A stretch of DNA of 64,000 nt from Vitrella brassicaformis CCMP3155 (taxonomy: Eukaryota; Protista; Chromerida). The translations under genes were made by a program, and so were the position numbers. Of the stretch, positions 1 to 15,500 are shown piece by piece. The stretch spans positions 1-64,000 of the forward strand of contig CDMY01000382.1 in the NCBI GenBank assembly GCA_001179505.1, read 5' to 3'. Numbering within the stretch: position 1 is the stretch's first letter; the number at the start of each line of letters is the position of its first letter. The notes below the pieces were generated by a model. It made no database searches. It was not told where the DNA came from and was given only the letters and a program-made list of their open reading frames with translations.

Positions 1-700
1 CTCCATGTATGGCATCATGAAGGGTGGTCAACACAGATCTCACTTCGGTGATGGCTGATAAGATCGTGTCTCCTCAGAATGCTTTCCTTGTCTTTCCTTG
101 TCTTCTCCTCTCTCTCTCCGTTACACAGCAATCTACCCTAGCTCACAAGCTCGCAGTGGTTCGTCTTGCCAAGCTGGGAATCCTGACACTAAGCAGCTGA
201 TAAGCCAAATGGCAACACTTTTTCACTTCTGAGAGACTGACTGGCTGACTTTCTTTTTTTCTGCGCGGCTTTGAGTGTCGAGGGCGTCTGTATTTGTGAC
301 ATACTTACCCAGCGGGTTGACCTGTGTGGTGTGTATGTATATACATATATCACGTGAGGGAGACGCAGGTATGATGGCTACCAATCGTGCCCTCCCCTGG
401 TGCTTGGCTGCCACTCTGAGTGCTCTCGGTAGCTATCCCTTCCTCGCTTCGTGCGTGTGTGTGTGTGTTGAGGACGTGTTGGCCCATCGCACAGACGAGC
501 GCCCGGGGGACTGCACCGATGCGTATCAGTAAGCGATGGACAGAGCAGCGCGACACAAGACGTCTGTTGGGTCAGAGTCCGACAATCGAACCACCTGACT
601 CAGTCAGTATACACCATTCATTCCATCACTCTCATCCCCCATGCCACCAACACCCACCCTGACTCAAAAACCAGTCCAGCCCCTGTCTGGACAGCTACTG
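1..700 (-). CDS. Possible further coding exons running off the left edge (same or separate hypothetical gene)
   Basis: Short minus-strand segments with coding-like composition between microsatellite introns, e.g. VNPLGKYVTNTDALDTQSRAEKKK (about 235-320) and ILRRHDLSAITEVRSVLTTLHDAIHG (1-85). No family recognised, and phases were not fully resolved. Confidence 0.25.
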
Positions 701-770
701 GCCTTGCGACTAGTGTGACCGACCTGTAAGTCTGTCTGTCCGTCTGTCAGTCTGGAAATCTTGCCTTGTT

Positions 771-1833
771 CTATCTGGCGGGCAGCAGAGGCCTCCTGCT
801 ACTACTGTCGTCAGGTTGACTCTGCTGCTTCCTACACCTGACTGACCGCTCCGTGTGCACGTGTGTGTCGGTGGGCGATAGCTCCTCCTCCTCCTCCTCC
901 TCAAGGGGTCCGTCAGGGGCAGCGGGGGCTTCAGCTGAGGGAGAAGTGCACGACAGAAGGGACCTGAAGGTGTCACTCAAGTACCTGCACGCACACACGC
1001 AGGCAGGCGCACACGGTGGGCGACTGACTGACTGACTGACTGAGGCAGGCAGCAGACACCCACCGGCCGGACCCCCACACACACTCACCGTTTCAGCCTG
1101 TTGTGTGGTAGTCGTGCAGCAGCTGCAGCCTTCCTCTCAAAGAGCTCGATGGCCGCGCAGTGGTTGTACACACACGTCAGGTCCCCCAATGCCTCTTTCT
1201 GCGCGTCGCTGAGAGCTGCGGCAGACAGGCATACCCGGCCGGGCAGTCAGAAAGCGGCCAATGAGTGATCTATGTTGACAGTGTTGTGTGAGAGGTGAAT
1301 GCTGCTGCGTGGCTGCCTCCTCCGCTCACTCACTGGCATATTCTGATGCACACACGCAGGCAGACAGGCACATGTGATCACACGAGGGATGCAATGCAGC
1401 CATTCAGTACTGGGGTGGATACATACCTGGGAGTTCCGTACACTGGTTCAGCGCGGCCTCCTTCTCTTCCTCCTGCACGCACGACAGACAACACACAGAC
1501 ATACACACAACACATCCATCCATCCATGTGCTCTGTTCGGATGCCCTCGATGGTCTGGTCTGCTGTGGGTCGCTCACCGTCATCGAACGCCATATGGGCA
1601 TGGTGGCTGCAGTCCACAGAGGAGAGAGTCCGTCAAGTCCGTCACACGTGCATACAGTCAGTCAGTCAGTCCGTCTGTGTGTGGCTAGCTGCGTGCGCAC
1701 CGTTGACGGTATCGCAGAACTTCCTTTCCTCTTCGTCCACCGGGCTGAGCTTGAGCACTCGTTCGTACACCTGGTCTGGTCCCAGCTGCGGTGGCGGACG
1801 GAACACCTGAGTCAACATCTCTTCGATCCACAT
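771..1833 (-). CDS. Hypothetical protein, multi-exon
   Basis: ATG at 1833 (MWIEEMLTQVFRPPQ...). The following exons ATMPIWRSMT / EEEKEAALNQCTELP / ALSDAQKEALGDLTCVYNHCAAIELF / YLSDTFRSLL...EEEEEEE join in consistent phase across GT-AG introns. The 3' end is uncertain. Confidence 0.45.
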
Positions 1834-2834
1834 CACATTCCCACGATGAGCCTCTCTCCTGCGATCTTTGCGTTTCCTCCTTCCTTTCCCACCTCTAAGC
1901 TCGCACTCATCGCGATCGCTTCCGGGGCTCTTTCCCCATTGCAGGGGGGGCGGGCGGCGGCTGACGTGCTCATCTAAAACCTAGCTATGCGTAGGGTTTG
2001 CGAAATTTGTGAATGCGGTTGTGTGCAGCATGCGAGGCAGACAGACAGACACCCTCACACACAGGCCATGTCAACAGCGGTCCACTCGGAGAGAGGGAGG
2101 GGGGGGACTGAGTGTGCGGTGTGTGTGTGTGTGTGTGTGCAAAGCAGTCTTAAATCGGCCAACCAAGCGTCGAATGAAGGTCCATTGGCGTGGCCACCAG
2201 CACACACACACACGCACTCACTCACTCCTCCTGCACCCACAGGTAAAAGTGACTTATGCCGACACAAGGTTCAGAAAAGGCACTCATCCAGTCGCACATC
2301 TCAGGAGGGGCAACATGGAAGCCACTCTTGAGGCACCATCATCAACGCGCGCACGCCAGAAGTACTGGCTTGCCCTGTGTGTGTCGCCTGTACTTCGCCC
2401 TAAGAACATGTGGTCGATGTCCATGAGGGGAAGAACAGTCGACACACGGCAGGCCAGGAGACTGGTGGGCAGCGAGGAGAGGGGCATAGACAGATGGAGG
2501 CTCGGGACACCTGGCTGGACACGCACGCACCCAACGTCACGGCTGTAGGCAGGTCAAGTGGCACGGTCGACACAGCACTGCAGCACACGTCAAGTCATGC
2601 AGGCAGGAAGTGGACAAATGGTCGGTAGGCGATGGGACACACACACACTCTCACACACTCACATGGTCACATACTCACGCACACACACATGCACCGAGCA
2701 AGGGAGGGAGGGAGACAGCGAGGCGAGTGCTAGGAGATGAATGAAAGGCAAACGAGATGGGTGGAGGGTGGCAGCAAAAACTCCGACAAGCTACACACAC
2801 ACTCTGTCCAACAGAACAAACCAGGCAAGAGCGG

Positions 2835-5723
<2,889 letters not shown>

Positions 5724-5941
5724 TCAGCACAGAGGACTGGGCGTGCTAGATGTGCAGCCAGCAGCGGCAGCCAGAGCAGTCAAGAGAGAGATCTGTGGCC
5801 TCTTATGCAGTCTTGACACAAGCGTTGCGTCCGGATGCCGGGCATGCAATGCAGCGAAAAGGAACCCGCCGTCCTGCCTTCGACCTCAAAGATCGTGTTG
5901 GACGGACGGAAGGCACCCTAACGCGGATTTACGTCAGGGGA

Positions 5942-8762
5942 ATGAGCTTCTTCGGTTTCGGCGGTTTCGGCAGCCCGGAGCAGGCCCAGCAGCCTGCAGA
6001 AGATGCGCGCCCGACGCAGGAAGACGCTCAAGTCCGCGGCCAACAGCACCCGCCGTCCGAAGCTCTGTTGACCGCTCTGATGCCGCCCTCGCCCCTCAAA
6101 GACGAAGGCGCGTCGACCACGAGTGCGCGGGAGTCGCTGCTGCCGCCCCTGCAGCCAACGGGATTCTCAGATGCCATTGTCGGCCCAGACGCATCGGGCA
6201 GCAGCGCATCTGCACCATCATCGGATTCGAAGACCCTCATGGCAGTGTCGCCGCGGCGCAGCCTCGCCGTATGGGGCTCACCTGTTGAGAAGGAGACCGG
6301 GGCGGCTGCCGACCTGCGCCCCCAGAATGGCCCGACGAAGCGGCCTTCCCCATCGATGCAGTCGTCGCAGACCACCACAGCGAGCCAGCAGCCGTCAGAG
6401 CCGCACAACGAGGGAGAGGGAGAGGTGGAGGAGGACGAGTGGGGCGGGGAGGGCAGGCGCGCGGCGTCTGTGTTTGCGCTGCTGCGGCAGGGGCGGTCGG
6501 TGTCATCTTCCAAGGGGGCTGCTGCCCGTCAGGGAGGGGACGAGGGGCATGGCGGCCAGGGGGAGAAGGGAAAGATGGAGATCGTGGGTGTAGCTGTAGC
6601 TGACGAGCGTGCTGTGGTGCTGACAGACAAGGTTGAGGAGACTCCAAAACATGGACGGGCCAAACAGGTAAGGAAGGTCGGGATGAGCAGAGCAGGAGAA
6701 AGGACCGAGCGAGAGCAACAGAGACCACGCTCTGTGTTCGTTGCCATCAGGCTTCTTCTGTTCACGTGGCTGAGAGGAACGTTTGCTGGCCCGCGGCGGC
6801 CGAGCGGCCGGTCCCGTCCGACGAGTCGACGCCCACCGGCTCGCCGCAGAAAGACAAGACGGCCGCCCGCGTAGCTCACGAGTGCATCATGGACATCCTT
6901 GCGGCCTGTGACGGCAATGGTGAGGAGGGACAGGAGCCCAGCAGCAGCAGCAGCAGTGGTAGCCGTGTGCAGCAGCAGACGGGCGACTATGGCAGTGCCG
7001 GAGGGGTGCAGCGTGGCATTAGCGAGGGGGAAGGGGGAGAGAGGGGGGAAGTTCGCGAGAGGGAGGAGGACAACAGCCCATGGAACATCCTCGTCAAGGC
7101 CCAAGAGGCCAAGTGAGAAGACACCAAACTCGCCAAACACACCTCCCCGTGACATCTCTCCTTTTGTTTGTATGTGTGTGTTGCAGTGAGAGCCAAAGGC
7201 GTGCGCCGAACCGCCCGTCCAATCCGCTGTACGAGCCCGTCTCCTCTCGCCGGCTCTCACCCGACGCTCTCTCCGCCAGCCCGCCCCCATCCCGCGATCG
7301 CAAAAACATGGGCGGCAGCCCGAGCGGCCAGACATTCTCAAGCGGCCTCGATGCGATCTTCGCACAGAGCCGGCTCATGGAAGAGCAGCAGCCCCGCGGA
7401 CACAAGGATCGGCGCGACACGGGGGGCGGGGCCAAGCGGGGCGCCATCCACCACCACGGCAAAAACAGAGATCGCGACCGCGACCGCGAGCATCACAGCA
7501 GCACCACTAACAGCAGCCCCCCGCTGCCGTACACACTCAACGGCTATGGATCGACTCCAGTGACCATATTGCCACCGCCGCAAGGGAACAACAGCAGCGG
7601 CAGCAGGGGCGGGGGAGGTGGCAGGGGACGAGATAGAGATCATGGTGGCCGGGGAGGCGGCATGAGTCGGCGCGAGGGCGGCCGGGGCGGGGGGGAGGGG
7701 GCCAGTGGCGGGGCGGGTGGGTATAATAGTGCAGGAGGACTCGGAGGCGGGGAGGGGTCTGCCAACCACATGTTTCTCGAGATACAGCAGCGGCTCATGC
7801 ACGTCAATGCACTCCTCGACCCTGGTACGCTACGCACACACGGCCCACCACAGACAGAGACATTTAGGTACAGGTGCCCACACACTGAGGCGCTCTTTGC
7901 TCTCTTCCTAACCATCACTTCAGATAATGTGGATGAGTGTCGCCGTCTGGTGATGGGTGAGGATTCCCGGGAAGGCCGTCTGGAGAAGGTCCTCAGCCTG
8001 CTGGAGGAACTCGCCAACACACGATCTCAGGAGCGGGCCGCAGCAGCGACGGAGGTGCGCAAGACCGACAGCGACACCAACACCACTGGACAGCCCACAG
8101 CAGCTGCACAGACCCAGCCGGCAGCCAACGAGGCGGGAGCTCCCTCGCCAGGCACCACCAAGTAACACACCATCCACCAGACAGACAGACAGACAGGAGA
8201 CACACGCGTGTGTCCTATTTTCCTCTCTCCCTCCCTCCCTCCCTGCCAGCCGTCTGCTGGATGCGCCCGACACGGTGGCGTCCACCATGACGTCTGACCA
8301 GATGGCGGCCCAGCTGGTTTTGGCGACGGGCAACGTGCTGGGCCGCCTCGTGCGCGAGAAGAAGGCCTTTGAGCAGGAGGCCGCGGCGATGAAGGCCGAG
8401 GTCGCAGCTCTCAAGGGCTCGTGTGTCGTGTGGTAAGTACGTCAGAGGGAGGGAGGGAGGGAGAGAGACACAGGCTGATGGCTGATGGCTGTTGCCTTGG
8501 TTTGTGTGTGTGTGTGTGTGTGTGTGCAGTCAGGAGGAGAGCAGGACACATGTGTGTGTGCCGTGCGGCCACGTGCTCGTCTGTGGCAACTGTGCCCTGC
8601 GGATGGAGAAAGCTGGTGGGTGGGCACATTATGTATTCACAACGGCCGACAGACACACAACACACGAGCGCTGTGTTTGTGCGTGCAGGCATTCACATGA
8701 TGAAGTGCCCCGTGTGTCGCAATGAGTGCACATCCTTCATCAAACTCATCCCTGACGCATAG
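5942..8762 (+). CDS. Low-complexity protein with C-terminal C3HC4 RING finger (putative E3 ubiquitin ligase)
   Basis: Spliced C-terminus CVVCQEESRTHVCVPCGHVLVCGNCALRMEKAGIHMMKCPVCR matches the C3HC4 RING pattern of the IAP/MDM2-like class. It is preceded by a coiled-coil (REKKAFEQEAAAMKAEVAALK) and a long S/G/P-rich region. ATG at 5942. Confidence 0.85.
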
Positions 8763-9347
8763 CCGCCCTCAGACACACAACACACAACACACACACACGT
8801 GTGCACTAAATGAGTCACTGCGTAGAGTAGGTGAGGTTGCGGGGGGAGGTGGGGCGCGGCGCAGGGGAGTCAGTAGCAGTGGATAGGGCTGTGCGCACTC
8901 GTGGTGTGTGTCATCTGATGGGATGGATGGATGGACGACACCAGTACTGTAACGAATTCCTAAGAATGCACCCGAGTCGACCAATGCCTGTCAGTCAGTC
9001 CAGTGTTCTTTCTCGCACCACCTCACATACCTACCTGACTCACCACGCACCGAGCGGTCCGGTCCACGTGCATGTAAGCCATGCCCTCACGCACCCACCC
9101 TCCAGGGCTGGCTGACTGACTGACTGACGCAGGCCTCTGCACCCGCCAATCTGTCAATGTGCAGAGGTCGATCACGGTCTGACCTGTCATCATCAAAAAA
9201 GGTTTGCAATCAGCACGCATGCAGACCAAATCTTGCGTGCCCTCTCTGCGTTGAATGGGTGTGTGTGTACATTCGCGCAGACAGAAATGGAAATATAAAC
9301 CCGCACACCCACCACACCACACCATGGATACAAAGACCTGACTCACC

Positions 9348-10009
9348 TGACTCAGTCAGTCCAATTCTCCGCGCGAACATTGGCGAGACCGAGGTACTCG
9401 CCGAACTCCTTGCTTTACATGGTACATGCTGTAATCGCCGCTTTGACGGACACGATGATGCCCCCGACGCACAGAACCACTCGATACCTGAACTCACACA
9501 GATTGATGTTGAGCTTCGCGCCATCCCTCCACCTGTCTGTCACTCACCCCGTGGGGTCCGTCTTGTTGTCTGGTGTAGTGGGCGGCAGGACGGCCGACTC
9601 ACCAGACCGAACACCCAGGCCTTCTTGCCTTGACCGAATGACGACACGAGAGGACTGCCACCCACAGGACGCACCCATGACACAACACACCCATCTGCAC
9701 ACCCGGCCACTTACCCGCCCTCAAGCTGCTTGATGAGGTCGAGCAGTATGGCCATCTTGGTGTCTCTGTTGCGCAGCACCGCACGGATGAGCTCGGCCTC
9801 CCCGTCCCACAGCAGCGCCTCGAGGACTTCTTTATTGCCCATCCCATGCGGGGCAAGACGCTCCGCTCCCAGTGCAAGATGGGGCGCCTGCGCGACACGT
9901 GGCTGGTGATGGCAAAGAAGCCCACCATCTGCTTGGCTCCCTTGAGCGGGTCGGCATGCAGGTCGTCGGTCTCAGCGACAAAGGCGAGCTTGAAGTGGTA
10001 GCTGGCCAT
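9348..10009 (-). pseudogene. Probable degraded gene fragment (frameshift plus in-frame stop)
   Basis: Coding-like codon usage switches frame at a 5-bp tandem duplication (cccat cccat, 9838-9847). Removing it gives ...LPRMGNKEVLEALLWDGEAELIRAVL...KQLEG|GWRDGAKLNINLCEFRYRVVLCVGG, then an in-frame TAA followed by more coding-like codons. Confidence 0.4.
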
Positions 10010-10091
10010 CCCCCAATTTCATCCATAGCATCATTGGGCTCATTGGCATGAGTGTGAAGCTGATCCGTCCGGCAGGAGCGTAGAGGGCAAG

Positions 10092-12039
10092 ATGGGCAAC
10101 AACCACACTGCGAACCGCCATGGTGCCGTTATCGACGACCACACACTGGATTTTCTCCACAAGAACGACAGAGATGCCCTCCACACGTATGCAAACCACA
10201 CACGAGTCAATTGAGGAGGAGGAGCGGCAGTTGACAGCTGTGTGTGTTTGGGTGTGATGTGCCATCTGTGTGTGTGTGTGCAGCCGGTCGGAGGTCGGCA
10301 GCCTCAGAGCCACGGCCCGTTTCCTCTGGGAAGTCGACTTCTCGGCTGCCGTCCTGAGCAACCGACTCAATCGCTGCCTGGTGGCCAAACAGCTCGACGG
10401 CATCATCGCATTCGCCGCTCAGCTGGACCGCCCTCTGCTGTTGAAGGCCATCTGGCTGGTGGACACACAGCAGTGGACCGAGGTGGCCGATGCGCTGAAG
10501 GTGGCGAGGCAGCGGGGCTACTGTCAGTTGCCCATCACACTCGCTGTGGCCGACATGCAGCGGCACGATAGCAAACAGGTGGGCAGATGAGCGTGGGGCG
10601 GGTCGGGTGGCACTCATCGGTCTGTCTGTATGTGTGTGTGTCGTGTGGTGTCTGTGTAGGCGTATTTGGCGGATGTTCGTGTGATTGCGCTGTGGAAGAT
10701 GGTCGGCAGACACGTCAACTGTGGCGGCCACTACGGCCGTTTTGAGCTGTTCGACCAGCCGGGCGGCGGTGTGCGTGCCATCAAGGACGAGCCGGGCTTC
10801 GAGCTGGACATCAACCCGCCCCTCCCCGCCGCCCACCCATACCACACACACATCATCGACGACAACCCGCCCGTCAGATCCACAATCCATCGGCACTGGG
10901 CGGCCGATGGTGCGGCGCTCACTCAGGCTTCGGCGTCATCCTTCATCATGAGGATCATCCTGGCCCCTCCAGCGGCCAATGAGGGCAGAACGGCTATGGT
11001 CCTCGTAAACCGGTACGCAGGACACCCCACACTCAGGCAGACACACATTCATCCTTGTCGGCCTCTTCCCTCTGTTATGTGTTGGTCTCCTCAGGCATGA
11101 TTACGGCGGTGTGCTGGGCGGCCTCCTCAGCCAGTCGCCCCACCAGCCCCCCAACGGATGCACCGCCGTCGTGGCGGTCAGGTGGGACGATGATGATCCC
11201 CCTGTAGAGCTTCGGCAGCTGCTGCTGACGCCGCTCGACAGCCCATTTGTCGCATGTACAATTCTGTGTCCCTTCAGCCCACCCGCCACGACCATGGGTG
11301 AGGGGACAAGATAGCAGATATCTGCTGAGCGAGCCGTCCTTTGGCGTGCGTTGTGTCGCTGTATGCAGTGGGTGTTCTTGCCGTCACCAACGAGCCGCCA
11401 GTAGGTGATCCATCGGCTGCCTTCAAGGACCGCCGGCCCGCCACCGCCCCTCTGGTGGGCGGCCCGCTGGGCAGCACCATCGCAGATATGGTGGTCAACC
11501 AGCAAGAGAAAGTGGATGATGAGGGTGAGTGTGCAGGCGGCCGCCTCCACCTCGGTGTGTCGGTCGGATGAATCGGTCTGTGTGTGGTGGTGTGCAGAGG
11601 AGGGTGCGGATGACGACGATGGCGATGGTGGTGAGGGTAAGTGGTCTGTGTGTGTGTGCGGTGCCCAGCCCGCCTTGCTAGGTGTCTTACTCTTATGTAT
11701 GTGTGTGTGTGTGCAGAGGATGACAATGACAGTGCGGATGACGGCGACAGCGATGAGGGTGAGTGGAATACATGTGTGTGTGTGTGTGGTTGGGCCCACT
11801 TGTATTTTTGCGTGTCTTGAGTGTGCAGATGTGGATGGCGACATCGACGGCGATGGCAATGGCGATGGCGAGCAGCAGGAGCAGGAGGATGAAGAGGGTG
11901 AGATGGGGGCAGGGGAGGAGCCAGATCAGAGCGACACACATGCACTCGTTGTGTGCGTCATGGCTGTGATGTTTGCCTCCATGTGTCAGGTGAGGGTGTG
12001 GAGAGGGAGGCCAAGAGAAGGAGGCTGGAGGACAGCTAG
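10092..12039 (+). CDS. Uncharacterised protein resembling a Vitrella-expanded family, with acidic tail and C-terminal NLS-like motif
   Basis: About 9 exons in consistent phase. Segments VRAIKDEPGFELDINPPLP...NPPVRSTI, ASASSFIMRII and VLAVTNEPPVGDPSAAFKDRRPATAPLV recall a lineage-specific family (from memory, not searched). Ends GEGVEREAKRRRLEDS*. Confidence 0.7.
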
Positions 12040-12564
12040 GCTGCATGCAGGTTGATCGACTGCGACACTGGTCAGTGGGGTGGGTGGTAGACGGATGGAT
12101 GGAGGATGGACAGGAGGCCAGGCGTAGCGTATGTAATGCACACAGCCAGCTCAGCTGTCTGCCTCTCATGACATGGTGCCGACAGAACCCATGCGGTTTG
12201 CAGCAGACAGACCGACAGACGTGCATGCCATGCACTGATTGATTGATGTGTCCATGTTGTCACTCACTGACGAACCCTTTTTGTGTAAACGTATGTGGTA
12301 TGCCTTCTTGACGGTGAAGCTGCTTTCCTTCCGTTTGTTCTTCGTGTCCACAGATACACACACCAACCAACGGCACGCCACGGTACACACAACCTCGGCC
12401 CATAGCATAGACACACACACGCAAAACAGACAGACAGACAGACATCCACCTCACCTCCCTCACCACAAAGCCCATATATCCCATCCCGTCCACCAACTAG
12501 AGCCTTCCTACCACACTCTCTGTCTACCTACCTCTCTGTCTACGGCTCGCATCACCCCCGCCCC

Positions 12565-15500
12565 TCACCCCCGCCCCTCCCCCTCCACTGTCTGCTGCTG
12601 GTGCTCCTCCGTCATGGCGAAGCTGCTCACCCCGGCCCCGGCCTCCTGCTGCTCGTTCCCCTCGGCCACGGTGGCGTGCTGCATGGGCTCCGCCAGGAAA
12701 AGGTCCAGTGCGGGACACTTGAACGTCTCGTATGACTGCAGGATGGCCGTCAGGTACGCCTCCAGACGACAACCCCGCTCCTCCTTCTCTCGGTCCTCTG
12801 TGCACATGGGATGGGCAAAGAGGGTGTGTGTGTGTGTGTGGGAGAGGGAAGGAGTGGTTGGCTTGGCTTACGTGCTGCTCGTGTGGCGAGAAGGGTGAAG
12901 CCTCTCTGTGGGAAGAGAACTTCTTGGCCAGCTCACAGTGCAACTCCTGACATACACACCACACACACCATAGACACAATGGATAGAGGCGGACACACAG
13001 ACAGACAAACAGACGGGCGAACCGACCGACCTCGAATCGTCTGTAGGGTCGCTCGATGGCCCATGTCTTGACGCCGGTGGGCTTGCACCGGTACAGCTGC
13101 AGGGCGTAGGCAGTGTCCTTCTCCTGATGCACCGTCACCGTCTGCCACATCCGGCAACGCACCTACACACCATCCATCACACACAGCCAACATGACCACT
13201 GTCGGCGTGTGCCCATGCATCCCATCCCTTTATATATCACATAAGGCCTTACATGCCACTCCTGCACTGGCTCCGTAGAGCTGCCAGGTGGCCGTGAGAG
13301 CAGCGGGGGCGATGGCGCGCTCTTGGGCTCAGCTGTGAGGAACGAAGGACGCGCGGTGGTCGTGCGCTCTAGTATATCACACAGACATCACACGGACACG
13401 CACACGACCTCGCTGATGCTCGCCCAGACAGCCACACACACACAGAGAGGTGCACTCACCTGAGGACACATCGGCAGTGCCCGGCTGCTGCACCCGACGG
13501 GACATTTCAGCGGCGCCCTCCGACTCCATCGCCATACTGACACCAAACCCCGTACACACACACACAGACACCAGCCCCCATTGTGTGCCTATGTGTCTTG
13601 TGTGCGTTGCCTCCTTCCCTCCATCCCACAGGCCCACCAACCCACCCACCTTGGCAGAGAGATCGATTCGCTGCCCGACGAGGCCTTCCGCGCCCATGCG
13701 TGTGTGTCGCCGCTCGGTGAGGAGGCCGTTGGCCGTGGGACCTCATTCATGGGGATCTGCAGGAACTCCCACAAGTCGGGACACGACGCACACGCGGGGT
13801 CCTGCACCACCTGCAGACATGCACCAACACACATACATACACAGACAGACAGAAGGGCGTCCGTCCATGTGTGTCGAGAGGGAGGGGGCGAGGGGGAGCG
13901 GAGGGGGTGTCTGACCTGGTTGAGCCAGTCGGTAAGGTCAGCTTTTCGTTTCTCGTAGAACCAGTGGTCGCGCTTCATGGTGTAGAACTTGCCGGGCAGC
14001 TTGGGCGGCGACACCTCCAAAATGCGATGCAGCTTCTTGAACAAGATGTCGAACTCACTGCACACCCCACACCCACACACACAAAGAAAGAGAGAGAGAC
14101 CATCTCACGACACCGCCCCCTCGTGTGTTTCCTCTACTCTTAGCTACGCATACACCCATTCGCACCTCACCGGTATCTCTTGACGACGGTGGATGTCCGG
14201 TGCATGGTGCTGGTGACCACCTCGTAGATGACATACGGCACCACGCCAGGTGTCCCCTCCTGCACCAGCTCGTAGCGGTCGATGCTCACACGCACAGGAA
14301 TCGACCCGCCAGGCCCCTCCACACTGTAACCCACACCCACTCCCACACCCACACCCACGCCGCCCTTCTCTCCCTCGTGTGCGTGGGAGTACGCAGACGA
14401 CGACAGCTGCGCAGAGGACGTCAACACGATTTGTTGGTCGGGCTGCATCAGCATCTGCTCCTCGGCCGCTGCTGCAGCCGCCGAGGCTGCCGCTGCTGCT
14501 GTTGCTGTGTGGCGGGGCCTGCCCTCCCTCTCTCTCTCGAGCGGCGATGGGATGTCGTCCTGGGCCACGTCGATTGACGCAGCCTCTGAGTAGGTCTCGT
14601 CAGAGGGCTTCCGCAGCCGAAGGGGGTTGTCGGGCTCAAACCTGCAGCACGTACGTGCGTGTGTGTGTGTGTGTGTGTTGGTATGGTGCTGGCTGAGTGG
14701 CTTGCTGACCGTTTGATGGCCTCCTTGTGCGCTTCGGTGAATGGCCGCTGCTCGATGACACTGAGCCCCAGGAAGTTGAGCAGCCCCAGCACTTGAGCAG
14801 GCCTCCTGCTGCACTATCACCTGAAAAAACACATTAAGAAACACCGAACCCATTCACAGACAATGGTGCACATGTAGCTGGTTTCTCTCCCGCACCCGAA
14901 TGTACGCCTCGAGCCCTCGTCGCCGCTGGTCGAGAAATGCCGGGCTCAGTGTTTCCTGCACAGACAGGGACGCACACGCACATATGATCAGATCAGATCA
15001 AACCCAACGGAATGCGGAAGGCGTGTGGGTACGTGTACCTACCTGTCTGAAAGATTCCTTTGGCGGCAGGTAGCGGTCGCGGTTGAACTGGGACTGGAAC
15101 ACGCTGTTCAACGCCGCAAAGTCAGCGTACCTACACAACATACACACAAACGGACAAAGACAGACGCAACAATCAGCTCTGCTCCATCTCCATATATCCA
15201 TGTGTGTGTTGTTTGTGTGTGCTTGGCTGACCGTTTGAAGGACACTCTCGGCCGCTGCTCGCCCTCCAGACGAAGCAGCATCTTGTATCTGCACCATCCA
15301 CCAACCAAACACACAGACGCCACTGCCCCGTTTCATCCCCCTCCCACCATTCACTCACTCGGCATGTATTCGATGCTGCACCGGGTCCGTCTGCAGCACC
15401 ACATTCGACAGCGCCACATGCAGCTTCAGCGGCAACCTCTCGCCGCCACTGCCACCACCACCACCACCACCAGAAACACCCTCAGCATCCCCCTTAGCAA

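Noticed and set aside
1992-1999. Telo-box-like TAGGGTTT upstream of gene 1 (also agggtttagggt at 23735-23746)
   Set aside because: Only two short hits in 64 kb. Cannot be told from chance without genome-wide enrichment data.
2009-2548. Plus- and minus-strand ORFs between gene 1 and the HSP60 3' end
   Set aside because: No recognisable motifs, inconsistent splice phases and microsatellite-derived residues. Most likely HSP60 3' UTR or intergenic DNA.
6028-7802. Long antisense ORFs over the RING gene (also over XPG 47642-49165, CLC, the SET gene and others)
   Set aside because: Mirror frames of GC-rich, low-complexity coding sequence. The sense strand has the motifs and splice signals.
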